64,000 nt of DNA from Nitrospinaceae bacterium (GTDB lineage: Bacteria > Nitrospinota > Nitrospinia > Nitrospinales > Nitrospinaceae), in the NCBI GenBank assembly GCA_965223665.1, contig OZ245011.1, positions 2,880,001 through 2,944,000 of the forward strand, read 5' to 3'. The position numbers were made by a program, and so were the translations under genes. The notes beneath the pieces were generated by a model, which saw only the letters and a list, made by a program, of their open reading frames with translations, was not told the DNA's origin and ran no database searches. The first letter of the stretch is position 1; each line of letters starts with the position of its first letter. Below are positions 53,327-63,172 of this stretch, in pieces.

Positions 53327-54880
53327 TTAACCTGGAAAAGTAAGGGAAGGGGGATTTTTAGGGTTCTCTAAATTTTTTTTATAAAAATTATTTAAAATAG
53401 CGTTCCCTTTTTCATTTTTTTTAACAAATAATTTACTCATGGGATCCTGATATATTTTTTCCCAATTTTTCAAATTTTCCATTTTTTTGCTGAAGGGACT
53501 TTTCAGAGCTGTTACCACATACTGAGTTGGAAATTTTTCCAATAAAATGTTGTTGTTATCGGATTGTATTCTTAAGGCTTCATTTAATTTTATTAGTTTT
53601 TCTGGATATACTGTTCGGAACCTTCCATCAATGGCAACCTTGGAAAGAGGAAAATGCCAAATGAAAAACTCTCCCCAATCGAAAGGAACCAAAAGGTTTC
53701 CTTGAATATTATTCGCTTTCATAAATTGTGCTAAATAAGTTGGATAAACCTGCGGTTCTACCATTATCTTAAACTTGGATCCAGAATAATTATTGAATAA
53801 AAAATACGATTGGCAAAGGAAGAATATGACTAAACAAGCATTGGTTACGGACCGAAAATCATTTGATAATTTTGAAAATACTTGTTTAAAATTGATTTGT
53901 TCTGTCCATTGAGTTACTTGAAATGGTAGATAGGTTGCTAAAAGAATTACTGCCAGTACGGTGTGGCGTTGATGTTTATATCCATAAAAAATTGCAAATA
54001 ACAGGACTAATAATTCCCATGGCCGTTTATTTTTTGTAGTAAATATGCTTAACACAAATAATAAGGAAAGTATTTTATACTGCCAAAAATCCCAACCTCT
54101 CCATGGGACAGGAGCCCACTCGGAAATGTTTCTGGGAAGTCCTAATGATTGGATAAAAAATAACCATAGCTTATAGCCATAAGGGTTTATTAATACTGCG
54201 ACACAGGAAAGCATAAAACACTGCAATAAAATTTTTGGAAAGGGCTCTTTAGTTATTAACTTTTGAATTATTTCAACAAAAGTTATAACCCCAAAAATTC
54301 CTAATCCTGCTACCACCCCACCATGACAATTGACCCACGCTAAAAAAATTACCGGAACCCAATATAATGATTTTTGTGCTCCATCAAAATGTTTTTGTAT
54401 TTGCAGAATAAGGAGTGTAAGAAAAAATAGGGTAAGTAAATGAGGTCGAGTCATAAAGGCTGGACCCATGACACTTGTGATTAGAGGAAAGGTAACGAAA
54501 TAAGCTGTATAGTTATTGGAACGTGAAAAATAATAGTTCGATAATAAATGAATCACTGCAAATCCAAGTAGTAACTTAAAGGCAAGTAGACCTGTGGAAT
54601 CGAAAAACCGGAAAATTAGAAAAAATCCAACTTCAGTCAACCATTCATGGTTTATCCAGGTTTCACCAAATGCGGTATAGGAATATGGATCCGTGACATG
54701 GACTTTTCCTTCTCGCCAAATATCCTCACCAAATTTAATATGACCCCAAAGATCTGGATCGGCAGTTACATAAGAAAATTGGATTAATGCAATAGAATAG
54801 ACAAGTAATCGGGCCAATATGTGAAAGACTTTGTTGGAAAAATAGGAATGGGAAAACGGTTTTATTGGTGAAGTATCCAT
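53327..54880 (-). CDS. Polytopic membrane protein, probable GT-C fold glycosyltransferase
   Basis: DPDLWGHI..G, DPYSYT, WINHEWL, RPH, WVNCHGG, INPYG, IDGR motifs. Confidence 0.6.
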   Translation of the reverse strand: MDTSPIKPFSHSYFSNKVFHILARLLVYSIALIQFSYVTADPDLWGHIKFGEDIWREGKVHVTDPYSYTAFGETWINHEWLTEVGFFLIFRFFDSTGLLAFKLLLGFAVIHLLSNYYFSRSNNYTAYFVTFPLITSVMGPAFMTRPHLLTLFFLTLLILQIQKHFDGAQKSLYWVPVIFLAWVNCHGGVVAGLGIFGVITFVEIIQKLITKEPFPKILLQCFMLSCVAVLINPYGYKLWLFFIQSLGLPRNISEWAPVPWRGWDFWQYKILSLLFVLSIFTTKNKRPWELLVLLFAIFYGYKHQRHTVLAVILLATYLPFQVTQWTEQINFKQVFSKLSNDFRSVTNACLVIFFLCQSYFLFNNYSGSKFKIMVEPQVYPTYLAQFMKANNIQGNLLVPFDWGEFFIWHFPLSKVAIDGRFRTVYPEKLIKLNEALRIQSDNNNILLEKFPTQYVVTALKSPFSKKMENLKNWEKIYQDPMSKLFVKKNEKGNAILNNFYKKNLENPKNPPSLTFPG

Positions 54881-55052
54881 TCTTAATAATTTAAGGGGTA
54901 GATTCCTTTGACCTCAAGAAAAAAATGAGGGTTTTGAATAATCAGATAAATTTAGAATTCTATTTTTTTATAAAGTTCCATGTTTGAAATCCCAAATAAG
55001 AGTGCCATAATAAAGAAAAATTGAATTATGCAGTTTTATTTAGGAGAGTGGT

Positions 55053-55841
55053 TTGAAAATCATTGTATGTATAAAACAGGTTGTTGATACAGGTGCTAGC
55101 CTTGAAATTAAAGATGGTAGGGTAAATTTTGAGGGGAGTCCGCGAGTATTGAATCCTTATGATGAATTTGCCGTAGAAGAAGCAGTTAGAATTCGTGAAA
55201 ATCAACCTGAGGCCGAAATAACCTTAATTACACTTGGACCAGATAACTATAAAGATACCCTGCGTAAAGGACTTGCTATGGGGGCCGACCAAGCTGTACA
55301 TTTGTTGGACCCTTCCTTTGAAAATTTGGATTCTTTAGGAATAGCACGAGCATTGTCCATGGCCATAAAAACTATGAGCTACGATTTGGTATTGTGCGGC
55401 CGACAAGCGGTTGATGATGACATGGCTCAGGTGGGGCCTTGTTTGGCCACTTTGTTAAAGATTCCCTGTGTAACAGTTATTACTGAGCTTACATTTTTTG
55501 AAGATTTTTCAAAGGCCACGGTAACCAGGCAAATTGAAGGAGGTTCGGAAATTATTGAAACTTCCTTGCCGGCCTTGTTTACCTGTCAAAAAGGGTTAAA
55601 TGAACCAAGGTTACCTTCTTTAAAAGGAATTATGGCTGCAAAAAAGAAAAAAGTGACCACCCTCAGTGCCGCTGATATTGGGTTCGACTCAGCTACAATG
55701 GGTGTGGGGGTTAATAAAACAGAGCAAATCGAATTATCCCTGCCACCCTCTAGGAAAAAGGGAGTGATTCTTGAAGGATCGGTAGCTGAAGTAAGTGCTG
55801 AATTAGCCTCTACCTTACGTAATGAGGTAAAGGTAATCTAA
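55053..55841 (+). CDS. etfB: Electron transfer flavoprotein beta subunit
   Basis: IVCIKQV, NPYDEFAVEEA, ALMGAD-like GLAMGAD, GRQAVDDD, NEPRLPSLKGIM; TTG start after AGGAG. Confidence 0.93.
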   Translation: MKIIVCIKQVVDTGASLEIKDGRVNFEGSPRVLNPYDEFAVEEAVRIRENQPEAEITLITLGPDNYKDTLRKGLAMGADQAVHLLDPSFENLDSLGIARALSMAIKTMSYDLVLCGRQAVDDDMAQVGPCLATLLKIPCVTVITELTFFEDFSKATVTRQIEGGSEIIETSLPALFTCQKGLNEPRLPSLKGIMAAKKKKVTTLSAADIGFDSATMGVGVNKTEQIELSLPPSRKKGVILEGSVAEVSAELASTLRNEVKVI

Positions 55842-55908
55842 TATTATTCCGTTAGGTTTTTTAGCATTACTCATTAATTAAGTTCCAGACTCTTATTGAG
55901 AAATTATT

Positions 55909-56070
55909 TTGGAAACTACTGCTAAAATTTTTTGGGAAAAAAATAAAGCTCGAATTGGAATCGGTTTTTTAGTGACTTATGTTTTTCTCCTGGGATTAGG
56001 TACGGTGGGAGAGTTGTGGGACATTGAATGGATTCTGGACCTTCCTCTTTTTCGCCCTCCAGGAAAGTAG
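55909..56070 (+). CDS. Putative 53-aa single-TM small protein (not in ORF track)
   Basis: Manual translation METTAKIFWEKNKARIGIGFLVTYVFLLGLGTVGELWDIEWILDLPLFRPPGK*; TTG start, weak GAG RBS. Confidence 0.55.
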   Translation: METTAKIFWEKNKARIGIGFLVTYVFLLGLGTVGELWDIEWILDLPLFRPPGK

Positions 56071-56295
56071 TTTTTCTACCAGCTTGAATTTAATGTGGGT
56101 TCTATTTCCCGTTTTTACAATGATTTTTGTCAACTCGTGCATTTAAAACTCCACTAAATTATTCTAATCTTCTTTTTAGAAGTTCTGATAATTCTTTTAA
56201 TAAAAAAGGCTTTTCAGTGGATTGACCTGGGGTAAGGTTTCGCGATAGTCTTGTTAAGATAATAAAGATTTTTGCCTGCGGGCGGAGGAGGTTTT

Positions 56296-56862
56296 ATGGC
56301 GACTGCAAATCATGCCGGAAACCCAATTAACGACGGCGCGACTCCAAAAATGGCGGATGAAATTCTTCAATTTTCAGAAAAGTTAAAAAGATTCTTTCTT
56401 GAAGTTCTGGAAGCTTTTCGTTATTTGCTGGAACAGGGTATACGCAAAAGTTGGAACCGAGTGAAGGAAGAAGTGGCTTTTCTTTGGAAACGTTTTACCG
56501 CCTTTGATTTTGTTTGTGGCAACTTAAGTCTGGCGGCTTTGGGTGCTAGCATTTTAGTATTTTTTTCGGGATTTGGTGTCCTCGGTTACCAAATCTTTTT
56601 ATGGCTAAAAGATGGAGTTTGGACCGAATTTCCTTTAATGAAAGCTTTCAATTATTTTTTTGAAAACACGGCGCTACAGGAATGGGTACAAAATCCAAGT
56701 TCCTGGTTGGGCCTCCACCAATTGGTGGAATGGAATTTGATAAATATTCCTATTTCGTTGGTGTTAATTGTTAATGGAATTGGTGGAATCGGGTTTATGA
56801 TTTTTGTTATTTCTTCAGCACTTCTGATTCGACGATTTCAATTCAAACATCGCGAAGCCTAA
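56296..56862 (+). CDS. Hypothetical membrane protein
   Basis: GGAGGAGG RBS before ATG 56296; two to three TM segments. Confidence 0.7.
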   Translation: MATANHAGNPINDGATPKMADEILQFSEKLKRFFLEVLEAFRYLLEQGIRKSWNRVKEEVAFLWKRFTAFDFVCGNLSLAALGASILVFFSGFGVLGYQIFLWLKDGVWTEFPLMKAFNYFFENTALQEWVQNPSSWLGLHQLVEWNLINIPISLVLIVNGIGGIGFMIFVISSALLIRRFQFKHREA

Positions 56863-56971
56863 ATTTTTAAAAAATTGCAATTAATTTTTGCCCTCAATAA
56901 AAATTCACTTTTTTACTGAGGGTTTTTTATTTAATTGGGTACCCCAGCTTTCCTTGAAAATTAATATAAGT

Positions 56972-57310
56972 TTAATTGACTGGGAGATGTGGAGACTTTG
57001 GATTTATAAAGTAGTTAAAAATCCGTTTATATATTTCTATAATTATCCAGACAGGCAGGGAAGCTAAAAAAATCCAGCTCCAATCCATTAGTTTAATGGG
57101 AACAGTTTGGAAGTATACATTTAAGGGGCTATAGATTAATAAGAAATGCAACAGGATTGATATCCACACGGCCATTAATATTTTTAGATTCGAAAAGAAA
57201 CCAATTTCAAAAACAGATTTAGTGGCAGAACGGCAATTTATGGCATTGAACATTTGTTCAAAATCATGATGGAAAAGGCTACCGACTGAGAATAAGTGAA
57301 ATCATGATTG
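56972..57310 (-). pseudogene. Frameshifted C-terminal remnant of a cation-transporting P-type ATPase
   Basis: FTYSQSVAFSIMI in one frame continues as FEQMFNAINCRS...FFSN...FQTVP...EIYK in another; rest of the ATPase absent. Confidence 0.75.
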
Positions 57311-57381
57311 TTTAAATACAATGAGTGTCAGGTTAAGGTACCTAAGTCTGAATCGAGAGAAGATGACTTTAAATCTAATAA

Positions 57382-58806
57382 TTAATTCTTTTTTGAAAGA
57401 TATTCATGAATTCCAATGGCAGCTTTTTTACCTGCTCCCATAGCCGAAATTACCGTTGCGGCTCCTGTTACAATATCTCCACCCGCAAAAACTCCCGGTT
57501 TTGAGGTTTGTTGAGTGGGTAAATCTGCTACTTCAATATGTCCTTCTGAATCTGTTTCTAAGTCAGATGTACTTCTGGAAATTAACGGATTAACCCCGCT
57601 TCCAAGTGCGATGATCACGGCATCCGCCGATAGAGAAAACTCACTTCCTTTGATTGGAACAGGACGTCTTCTGCCAGAATCATCTGGTTCCCCCAATTGC
57701 ATTTTGGTGCATTTCATATTGGAGATCCATCCGTCCTGGCCTTTTAATTCAAGGGGAGAAACTAAGAAATGAAACTCTATTCCCTCTTCTTTTGCGTGCT
57801 TGATTTCTTCATTTCTGGCAGGCATTTCCTCTTGAGTTCTTCTATAGATCAGCATTACTTTTTCTGTGGTCGGTAGTCTCAAAGCGGTGCGGGCCGCATC
57901 CAGGGCGGTGTTGCCTCCTCCTATTACCGCAAAAATTTTATGGGGATGAATTGGAGTATCAAAGGAAGGAAATTCCCAAGCATGCATTAAATTGATTCGC
58001 GTTAAAAACTCATTGGCGGAATAAACGCCATTCAGATTTTCTCCGGGAATTCCCAGAAAGTAAGGTAATCCGGCCCCTGTACCTATAAATACTGCATGAA
58101 ATCCATCTTCTTTCATTAATTCATCAAGTGATTTTATTTTTCCGATGACATAATTTAATTTTATCTCCACTCCCAATTGTTGGAGGTATTTTAATTCACT
58201 TTCTAAAATTTCTTTAGGCAGGCGAAATTGAGGTATGCCATAAAACAGCACTCCACCGGGTTTGTGCAGAGCCTCGAAGATGACTACCTCGTAACCCCAC
58301 TGTGCTAAATCTGCGGCTGCTGCTAAGCTTGCCGGGCCTGCTCCAATGATGGCTACTTTTTTTCCATTGGAGGGAGGTTTTGAAAGCGGTTTATTTTCTC
58401 GTTGGGTTCGCTCGTAATCTGCGACAAATCGTTCCAATTTTCCAATTGCTAAAGGCTCTCCTTTAATGCCGATGACACAATGTTTTTCGCATTGGTCTTC
58501 TTGGGGACAGACACGACCCGTAATGGCAGGAAGCGGGTTTGATTCTTTTATGACTTTGGCGGCTTCTAAAAAATTTCCTTCAGCAACTAATTGGATAAAA
58601 TCGGGAATATGTACTCGAACTGGACACCCCAAAACACATTTAGGCTTTTTGCATTGGATACAGCGGGAAGCTTCAAGTCGTGCCATAGCGGGTGTATACC
58701 CGAGATCAACTTCCTGGAAATTCTTTTTGCGGGTTTCCGGGTTCTGTTCACGGGTTGGGGTCCGAGGAATTTTATTGCCCTTTTTTTTTGTTTTATCTTT
58801 GTCCAT
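57382..58806 (-). CDS. nfnB: NfnB/SudA (GltD-like large subunit of NADH-dependent ferredoxin:NADP+ oxidoreductase)
   Basis: EASRCIQCKKPKCVLGCPV, GRVCPQEDQCE, IIGAGPA, IGGGNTALD, GGDIVTGAATVI; alternative start 58815. Confidence 0.88.
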   Translation of the reverse strand: MDKDKTKKKGNKIPRTPTREQNPETRKKNFQEVDLGYTPAMARLEASRCIQCKKPKCVLGCPVRVHIPDFIQLVAEGNFLEAAKVIKESNPLPAITGRVCPQEDQCEKHCVIGIKGEPLAIGKLERFVADYERTQRENKPLSKPPSNGKKVAIIGAGPASLAAAADLAQWGYEVVIFEALHKPGGVLFYGIPQFRLPKEILESELKYLQQLGVEIKLNYVIGKIKSLDELMKEDGFHAVFIGTGAGLPYFLGIPGENLNGVYSANEFLTRINLMHAWEFPSFDTPIHPHKIFAVIGGGNTALDAARTALRLPTTEKVMLIYRRTQEEMPARNEEIKHAKEEGIEFHFLVSPLELKGQDGWISNMKCTKMQLGEPDDSGRRRPVPIKGSEFSLSADAVIIALGSGVNPLISRSTSDLETDSEGHIEVADLPTQQTSKPGVFAGGDIVTGAATVISAMGAGKKAAIGIHEYLSKKN

Positions 58807-58830
58807 TTGTATCACATTATAATCAATAAT

Positions 58831-59694
58831 TTACGGTTGGATTACTTCATCCAAACCACAAACTGCTTGCGTGTCATTTAGGTATTTTTCCTTTGATTGA
58901 ATTTCTTCCGGAAGATAGGATTTTAATCTTTGAAGTAATCCGGAAAAATCCACTTCGTGTCCGTCAAATTCAGGACCATCTACACATGCAAATTTCATTT
59001 CATTACTAACCATAACTCGACAAGCGCCACACATTCCCGTTCCATCAATCATGATTGGGTTTAGGCTGACCACTGTTTTTATATGATAGGGTCGGGTCAA
59101 TTCCGAAACGGCTTGCATCATTAGGAGAGGTCCAATTGCCATCACTCGATCTATTTGGATTTCTTGTTCTAATAAATTTTTAAGACAATCGGTAACGAAT
59201 CCTTTATCTCCTGAACTTCCGTCATTGGTAACGACAAAAACCTGTTTAGACACTTTGTGCATTTCGTCTTCCAGTAAAATGAGTTCCTGAGTGCGTGCCC
59301 CAAGAATCGATATGGTGTTGTTCCCTGCTAAAGTCATTTCACGGGCAATAGGATAAAGAGCTGCAATACCAAAGCCTCCGCCCACCAAAACCACGTTTCC
59401 AAAGTTTTCTATTTCTGTAGGATTTCCCAATGGACCGGCTACGTCTAAAATAAAATCTCCTGTTTTCAGGGCACTCATTTCAATAGAAGTTTTACCCACG
59501 GCTTGAACAAAAAAAGTAAGGGTTCCTTTTTCTCGATCAAAATCTGCAATGGTAATGGGAATACGTTCTCCTGTTTCATCTAAACGAATGATGACAAAAT
59601 TTCCGGGTTTTGCTTTACCGGCAATGTCCGAAGCCCTCACTACATAACGATACACTTGGGGGGCAAGATGATTTTTTTCTAAAATTTCGTACAT
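58831..59694 (-). CDS. nfnA: NfnA/SudB small subunit
   Basis: GERIPITIAD, GPLG, GGGFG, MIDGTGMCGACRV...FACVDGPEF (Asp/Cys3 2Fe-2S motif). Confidence 0.9.
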   Translation of the reverse strand: MYEILEKNHLAPQVYRYVVRASDIAGKAKPGNFVIIRLDETGERIPITIADFDREKGTLTFFVQAVGKTSIEMSALKTGDFILDVAGPLGNPTEIENFGNVVLVGGGFGIAALYPIAREMTLAGNNTISILGARTQELILLEDEMHKVSKQVFVVTNDGSSGDKGFVTDCLKNLLEQEIQIDRVMAIGPLLMMQAVSELTRPYHIKTVVSLNPIMIDGTGMCGACRVMVSNEMKFACVDGPEFDGHEVDFSGLLQRLKSYLPEEIQSKEKYLNDTQAVCGLDEVIQP

Positions 59695-59925
59695 AGAATT
59701 AAACTGTTCCCCTATTGTTATACTTGGTTTTATTAATAGGGAATTTTGTAATCACTTTATTCCATCAAAATTTGAATTGCGTTAGTAAGGAATATTTTCC
59801 TGTTCCTATATATCTTATTATATAAAGAATAAAGTAAGAGAGGAAAGGTTTGTTGCGGTCTAAAGGTTGTGATAATTTACTAATCAGATGTTCTAATCGA
59901 AAATTTTTATTAAGAATAAAAAATC

Positions 59926-61086
59926 ATGAACCCGCAAACCACTATTGATCCTCAAGGGTTAAACCAACTCATTGAAAGCTTGATTAAAACTGGCTATCAG
60001 GTTATGGGGCCTACGCTGCGTGACGGTGCCATTATTTACGACACCATTTCTAAAGTGGAGGAACTGCCTCAAGGGTGGACGGACGAACAAGATGGAGGTT
60101 TATATCGGCTAAAAAGACGATCCGATCAAGCCTTTTTTGGTTATGTGGTTGGACCTCATTCCTGGAAAAAATTTCTCCATACTCCCCATAAACGATTGTG
60201 GCGAGCAGAGAAAAAAGATGAGACTTTTCAAATAATTCCGGATAACCGTGAAACCAAAAAACTGGCTTTTATAGGAGTCCGTTCTTGTGAACTTCACGCC
60301 ATTGCTATTCAGGACAAAGTTTTCTTACAAGGTGAATATGTTGACGCGTCCTACCAGGACGCAAGAAAAGACTTGTTAGTGATTGCGGTTAATTGTGGGC
60401 AAGCAGGGGGAACTTGTTTTTGTGCTTCCATGAATACCGGCCCTAAGGCAAGCTCTGGTTATGATTTGGTTTTGACAGAAGTTATAAATACTGACCAACA
60501 TTATTTTGTTGTAGAGGAGGGAAGTGAGAAGGGAACTTCTTTACTAAAGAAAATTCAGCATAAGGTGGCTGAGAATAGTGAAATAGAATTAGCAGAAACA
60601 ATTCATAAAAAAGCGGCGCAACAAATGGGACGAACTTTAGATACCACAAATATCAAAACATTGCTATATAACAATCCTGATCATCCCCGATGGGATAATT
60701 TGGCCGAACGTTGTTTGTCCTGTGCCAACTGTACCATGGCTTGTCCCACTTGTTTTTGTTCAACCGTAGAAGATGTGACCGATGTTACCGGGAACCATGC
60801 TGAGCGCTGGCAACGATGGGATTCATGTTTCACCATGGATTTTTCCTACCTACATGGGGGAAATGTCAGATCCTCTACAAAATCCCGGTATCGTCAATGG
60901 ATGACCCATAAACTGGCCAGTTGGATGGACCAGTTTGATTCATCCGGTTGTGTCGGCTGTGGCCGCTGTATCACCTGGTGTCCGGTGGGGATTGATTTCA
61001 CAGAGGAAGTTCGAGTCATCCGCGAAACATCAATTACCAAAAACAATAAATCTTCGGACAATGAGGCATCCCATGAGAAACCTTGA
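59926..61086 (+). CDS. Group 3b [NiFe]-hydrogenase (sulfhydrogenase) beta subunit, 4Fe-4S
   Basis: CLSCANCTMACPTCFC and CVGCGRCITWCP. Confidence 0.92.
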   Translation: MNPQTTIDPQGLNQLIESLIKTGYQVMGPTLRDGAIIYDTISKVEELPQGWTDEQDGGLYRLKRRSDQAFFGYVVGPHSWKKFLHTPHKRLWRAEKKDETFQIIPDNRETKKLAFIGVRSCELHAIAIQDKVFLQGEYVDASYQDARKDLLVIAVNCGQAGGTCFCASMNTGPKASSGYDLVLTEVINTDQHYFVVEEGSEKGTSLLKKIQHKVAENSEIELAETIHKKAAQQMGRTLDTTNIKTLLYNNPDHPRWDNLAERCLSCANCTMACPTCFCSTVEDVTDVTGNHAERWQRWDSCFTMDFSYLHGGNVRSSTKSRYRQWMTHKLASWMDQFDSSGCVGCGRCITWCPVGIDFTEEVRVIRETSITKNNKSSDNEASHEKP

Positions 61087-61534
61087 ATCAATAATTGCAA
61101 CCCATCCCTTTTTTGAAAATTTGGAAAACAAATATTTGAATCAGGTCACAGGATGTGCCTCAAATGTAAGATTTGAAGCGGGTAATTTCATTCACCGTTA
61201 TCGGGAGGAAGCCAACAGTTTTTACATCATTCGCCAGGGAAAAGTAGCTTTAGATATTTGCCCTCCCGGGAAAAAACCAGTCACAGTTCTCACACTAAGC
61301 GAAGGGGAAATTTTAGGATGGGCCTGGATGGTTCCACCCTATCAATGGCATTTTGACGTGCAAGCTTTAGAACTTACAAGAGCTATTGCATTTGATGGAA
61401 AGTGTTTAAGAAATAAATGTCAAAAGGACCATGGATTAGGGTATGAATTACTGAGCCGCCTTGTTCCCATCATGGGCCGTGCTATGGATGCCGCCCAATT
61501 ACAGCTTATGGATGTTTACGGAAAAAATAATTAA
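61073..61534 (+). CDS. Cyclic-nucleotide-binding domain protein inside hydrogenase operon
   Basis: HPFF...FYIIRQGKV...GEILGWAW; ATG 61073 overlaps beta-subunit end. Confidence 0.85.
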   Translation: MRNLESIIATHPFFENLENKYLNQVTGCASNVRFEAGNFIHRYREEANSFYIIRQGKVALDICPPGKKPVTVLTLSEGEILGWAWMVPPYQWHFDVQALELTRAIAFDGKCLRNKCQKDHGLGYELLSRLVPIMGRAMDAAQLQLMDVYGKNN

Positions 61535-61544
61535 GGTGCAAGTA

Positions 61545-62384
61545 ATGGACTCATTAGTCCTAAATCCGATGGTTCCGGAACTTTATCAGGTAAACGAGAA
61601 ACTTGCTGAAACTTACGACACCTTTACTCTGTCTTTAAGTTCCGAAAGTTCTTCCAATGATTTTATTTATCTTCCCGGACAATTTAATATGCTCTATGCG
61701 TTTGGCGTTGGAGAAGTGCCTATTTCGATCAGCGGCGATCCTCGGGAATCCAAGCATTTGCTTCACACGATTCGTGATGTGGGAATGGTAACTCATGCTC
61801 TTCATAAATTAGAGCCGGGCCAATCCGTTGGGTTGAGGGGACCGTTTGGAAGTTCCTGGCCGATTGAAAAAGCCAAAGGAAACGATGTAGTCATAATAGC
61901 AGGTGGAATCGGGTTGGCGCCATTGCGACCTGCGCTTTATGCAATGCTTTCCAAACGAGACCAATATGGCGATATTGCTCTTCTTTATGGAGCCCGTCGC
62001 CCGGAAGACTTACTATATACGAACGAATTTGAAACTTGGAGAGGTAGATATGGAATCCAGGTTAAAGTTACAGTGGATTCCTCAGAACGTGAATGGCGTG
62101 GCAACGTGGGGGTAGTGACTACTCTAGTCCCAAGGGTCACATTCGACCCCGCAAATACTGTTGCTATGATCTGTGGACCGGAGGTGATGATGCAATTTGC
62201 ATCTTTAGAATTACAACATTGTGGAATTTCGGACGAAAATATTTTTCTCACAATGGAGCGAAACATGAAATGCGCCATTGGATTTTGTGGGCATTGTCAA
62301 TATGGACCTGCATTTATTTGTAAAGACGGTCCGGTATTTTCATTGGATCGTGTTCAACACCTTTTGGAAATTCGCGAGATTTGA
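61545..62384 (+). CDS. Group 3b hydrogenase gamma subunit (FAD/NAD(P)-binding, 2Fe-2S)
   Basis: [44 protein letters not shown]. Confidence 0.92.
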   Translation: MDSLVLNPMVPELYQVNEKLAETYDTFTLSLSSESSSNDFIYLPGQFNMLYAFGVGEVPISISGDPRESKHLLHTIRDVGMVTHALHKLEPGQSVGLRGPFGSSWPIEKAKGNDVVIIAGGIGLAPLRPALYAMLSKRDQYGDIALLYGARRPEDLLYTNEFETWRGRYGIQVKVTVDSSEREWRGNVGVVTTLVPRVTFDPANTVAMICGPEVMMQFASLELQHCGISDENIFLTMERNMKCAIGFCGHCQYGPAFICKDGPVFSLDRVQHLLEIREI

Positions 62385-62386
62385 TT

Positions 62387-63172
62387 ATGACCCGTAAATC
62401 AAAACCAAAATTAGCGGTTTGGAAATTTGCCTCGTGTGATGGTTGTCAATTAAGTTTATTGGATTGCGAAGATGAATTGTTATCGGTGGCGGGCGAGATT
62501 GATATTGCTAATTTTCCCGAGGCTTCCCGTGCCATATCCCCGGGTCCTTACGATTTATCCCTGGTGGAAGGATCAATTACAACTCCACATGATAAAGAAC
62601 GTATTCATGAAGTCCGAAAAATTTCGAAATATTTAATTACTATTGGAGCTTGTGCTACAGCAGGTGGAATTCAGGCACTTCGAAATTTTAAGGATGTTAA
62701 TGAATTTATTTCCGTCGTTTATGCTACGCCACACTATATAAAAACATTAGATCAATCCACCGCAATTTCTGAACATGTCCAAGTTGATTTTGAATTAAGG
62801 GGGTGTCCTATAAATAAAATGCAATTGGTGGAAGTCATTAGTGCATTTTTACATGAGCGCAAACCCGTTACGCCACCCCACAGTACATGCATAGAATGTA
62901 AATTGCGGGGAACCGTTTGTGTGATGGTGGCACAGGGAAAAATGTGTTTGGGCCCGGTAACTCACGCGGGATGTAACGCCATTTGCCCTGCCTACAATAG
63001 AGGGTGCTATGGTTGTTTTGGCCCCAAGGAATCTCCAAACCCAAGTTCATTGAGTCATTGGGAAATAGAAAAAGGAACCACCAGTGATGAGATTATGAGA
63101 GTCTTCCGGGGTTTTAATGCTTATGCAGAACCCTTTCGCGTGGAAAGTGAGCGCCATGACAAAGAAAAGTAA
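62387..63172 (+). CDS. Group 3b hydrogenase delta (small) subunit
   Basis: [32 protein letters not shown]. Confidence 0.92.
   Translation: MTRKSKPKLAVWKFASCDGCQLSLLDCEDELLSVAGEIDIANFPEASRAISPGPYDLSLVEGSITTPHDKERIHEVRKISKYLITIGACATAGGIQALRNFKDVNEFISVVYATPHYIKTLDQSTAISEHVQVDFELRGCPINKMQLVEVISAFLHERKPVTPPHSTCIECKLRGTVCVMVAQGKMCLGPVTHAGCNAICPAYNRGCYGCFGPKESPNPSSLSHWEIEKGTTSDEIMRVFRGFNAYAEPFRVESERHDKEK

Noticed and set aside
54991-55008. Possible sigma54 promoter TGGCACTCTTATTTGG upstream of the GT-C gene
   Set aside because: The required GC at -12 is absent
57382-58815. Annotation as glutamate synthase small subunit (gltD)
   Set aside because: No gltB nearby, and it is paired with an NfnA/SudB gene, which fits NfnAB
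59868-59885. CRP/Rex-like site TTGTGATAATTTACTAAT upstream of the hydrogenase operon
   Set aside because: Only the left half-site matches
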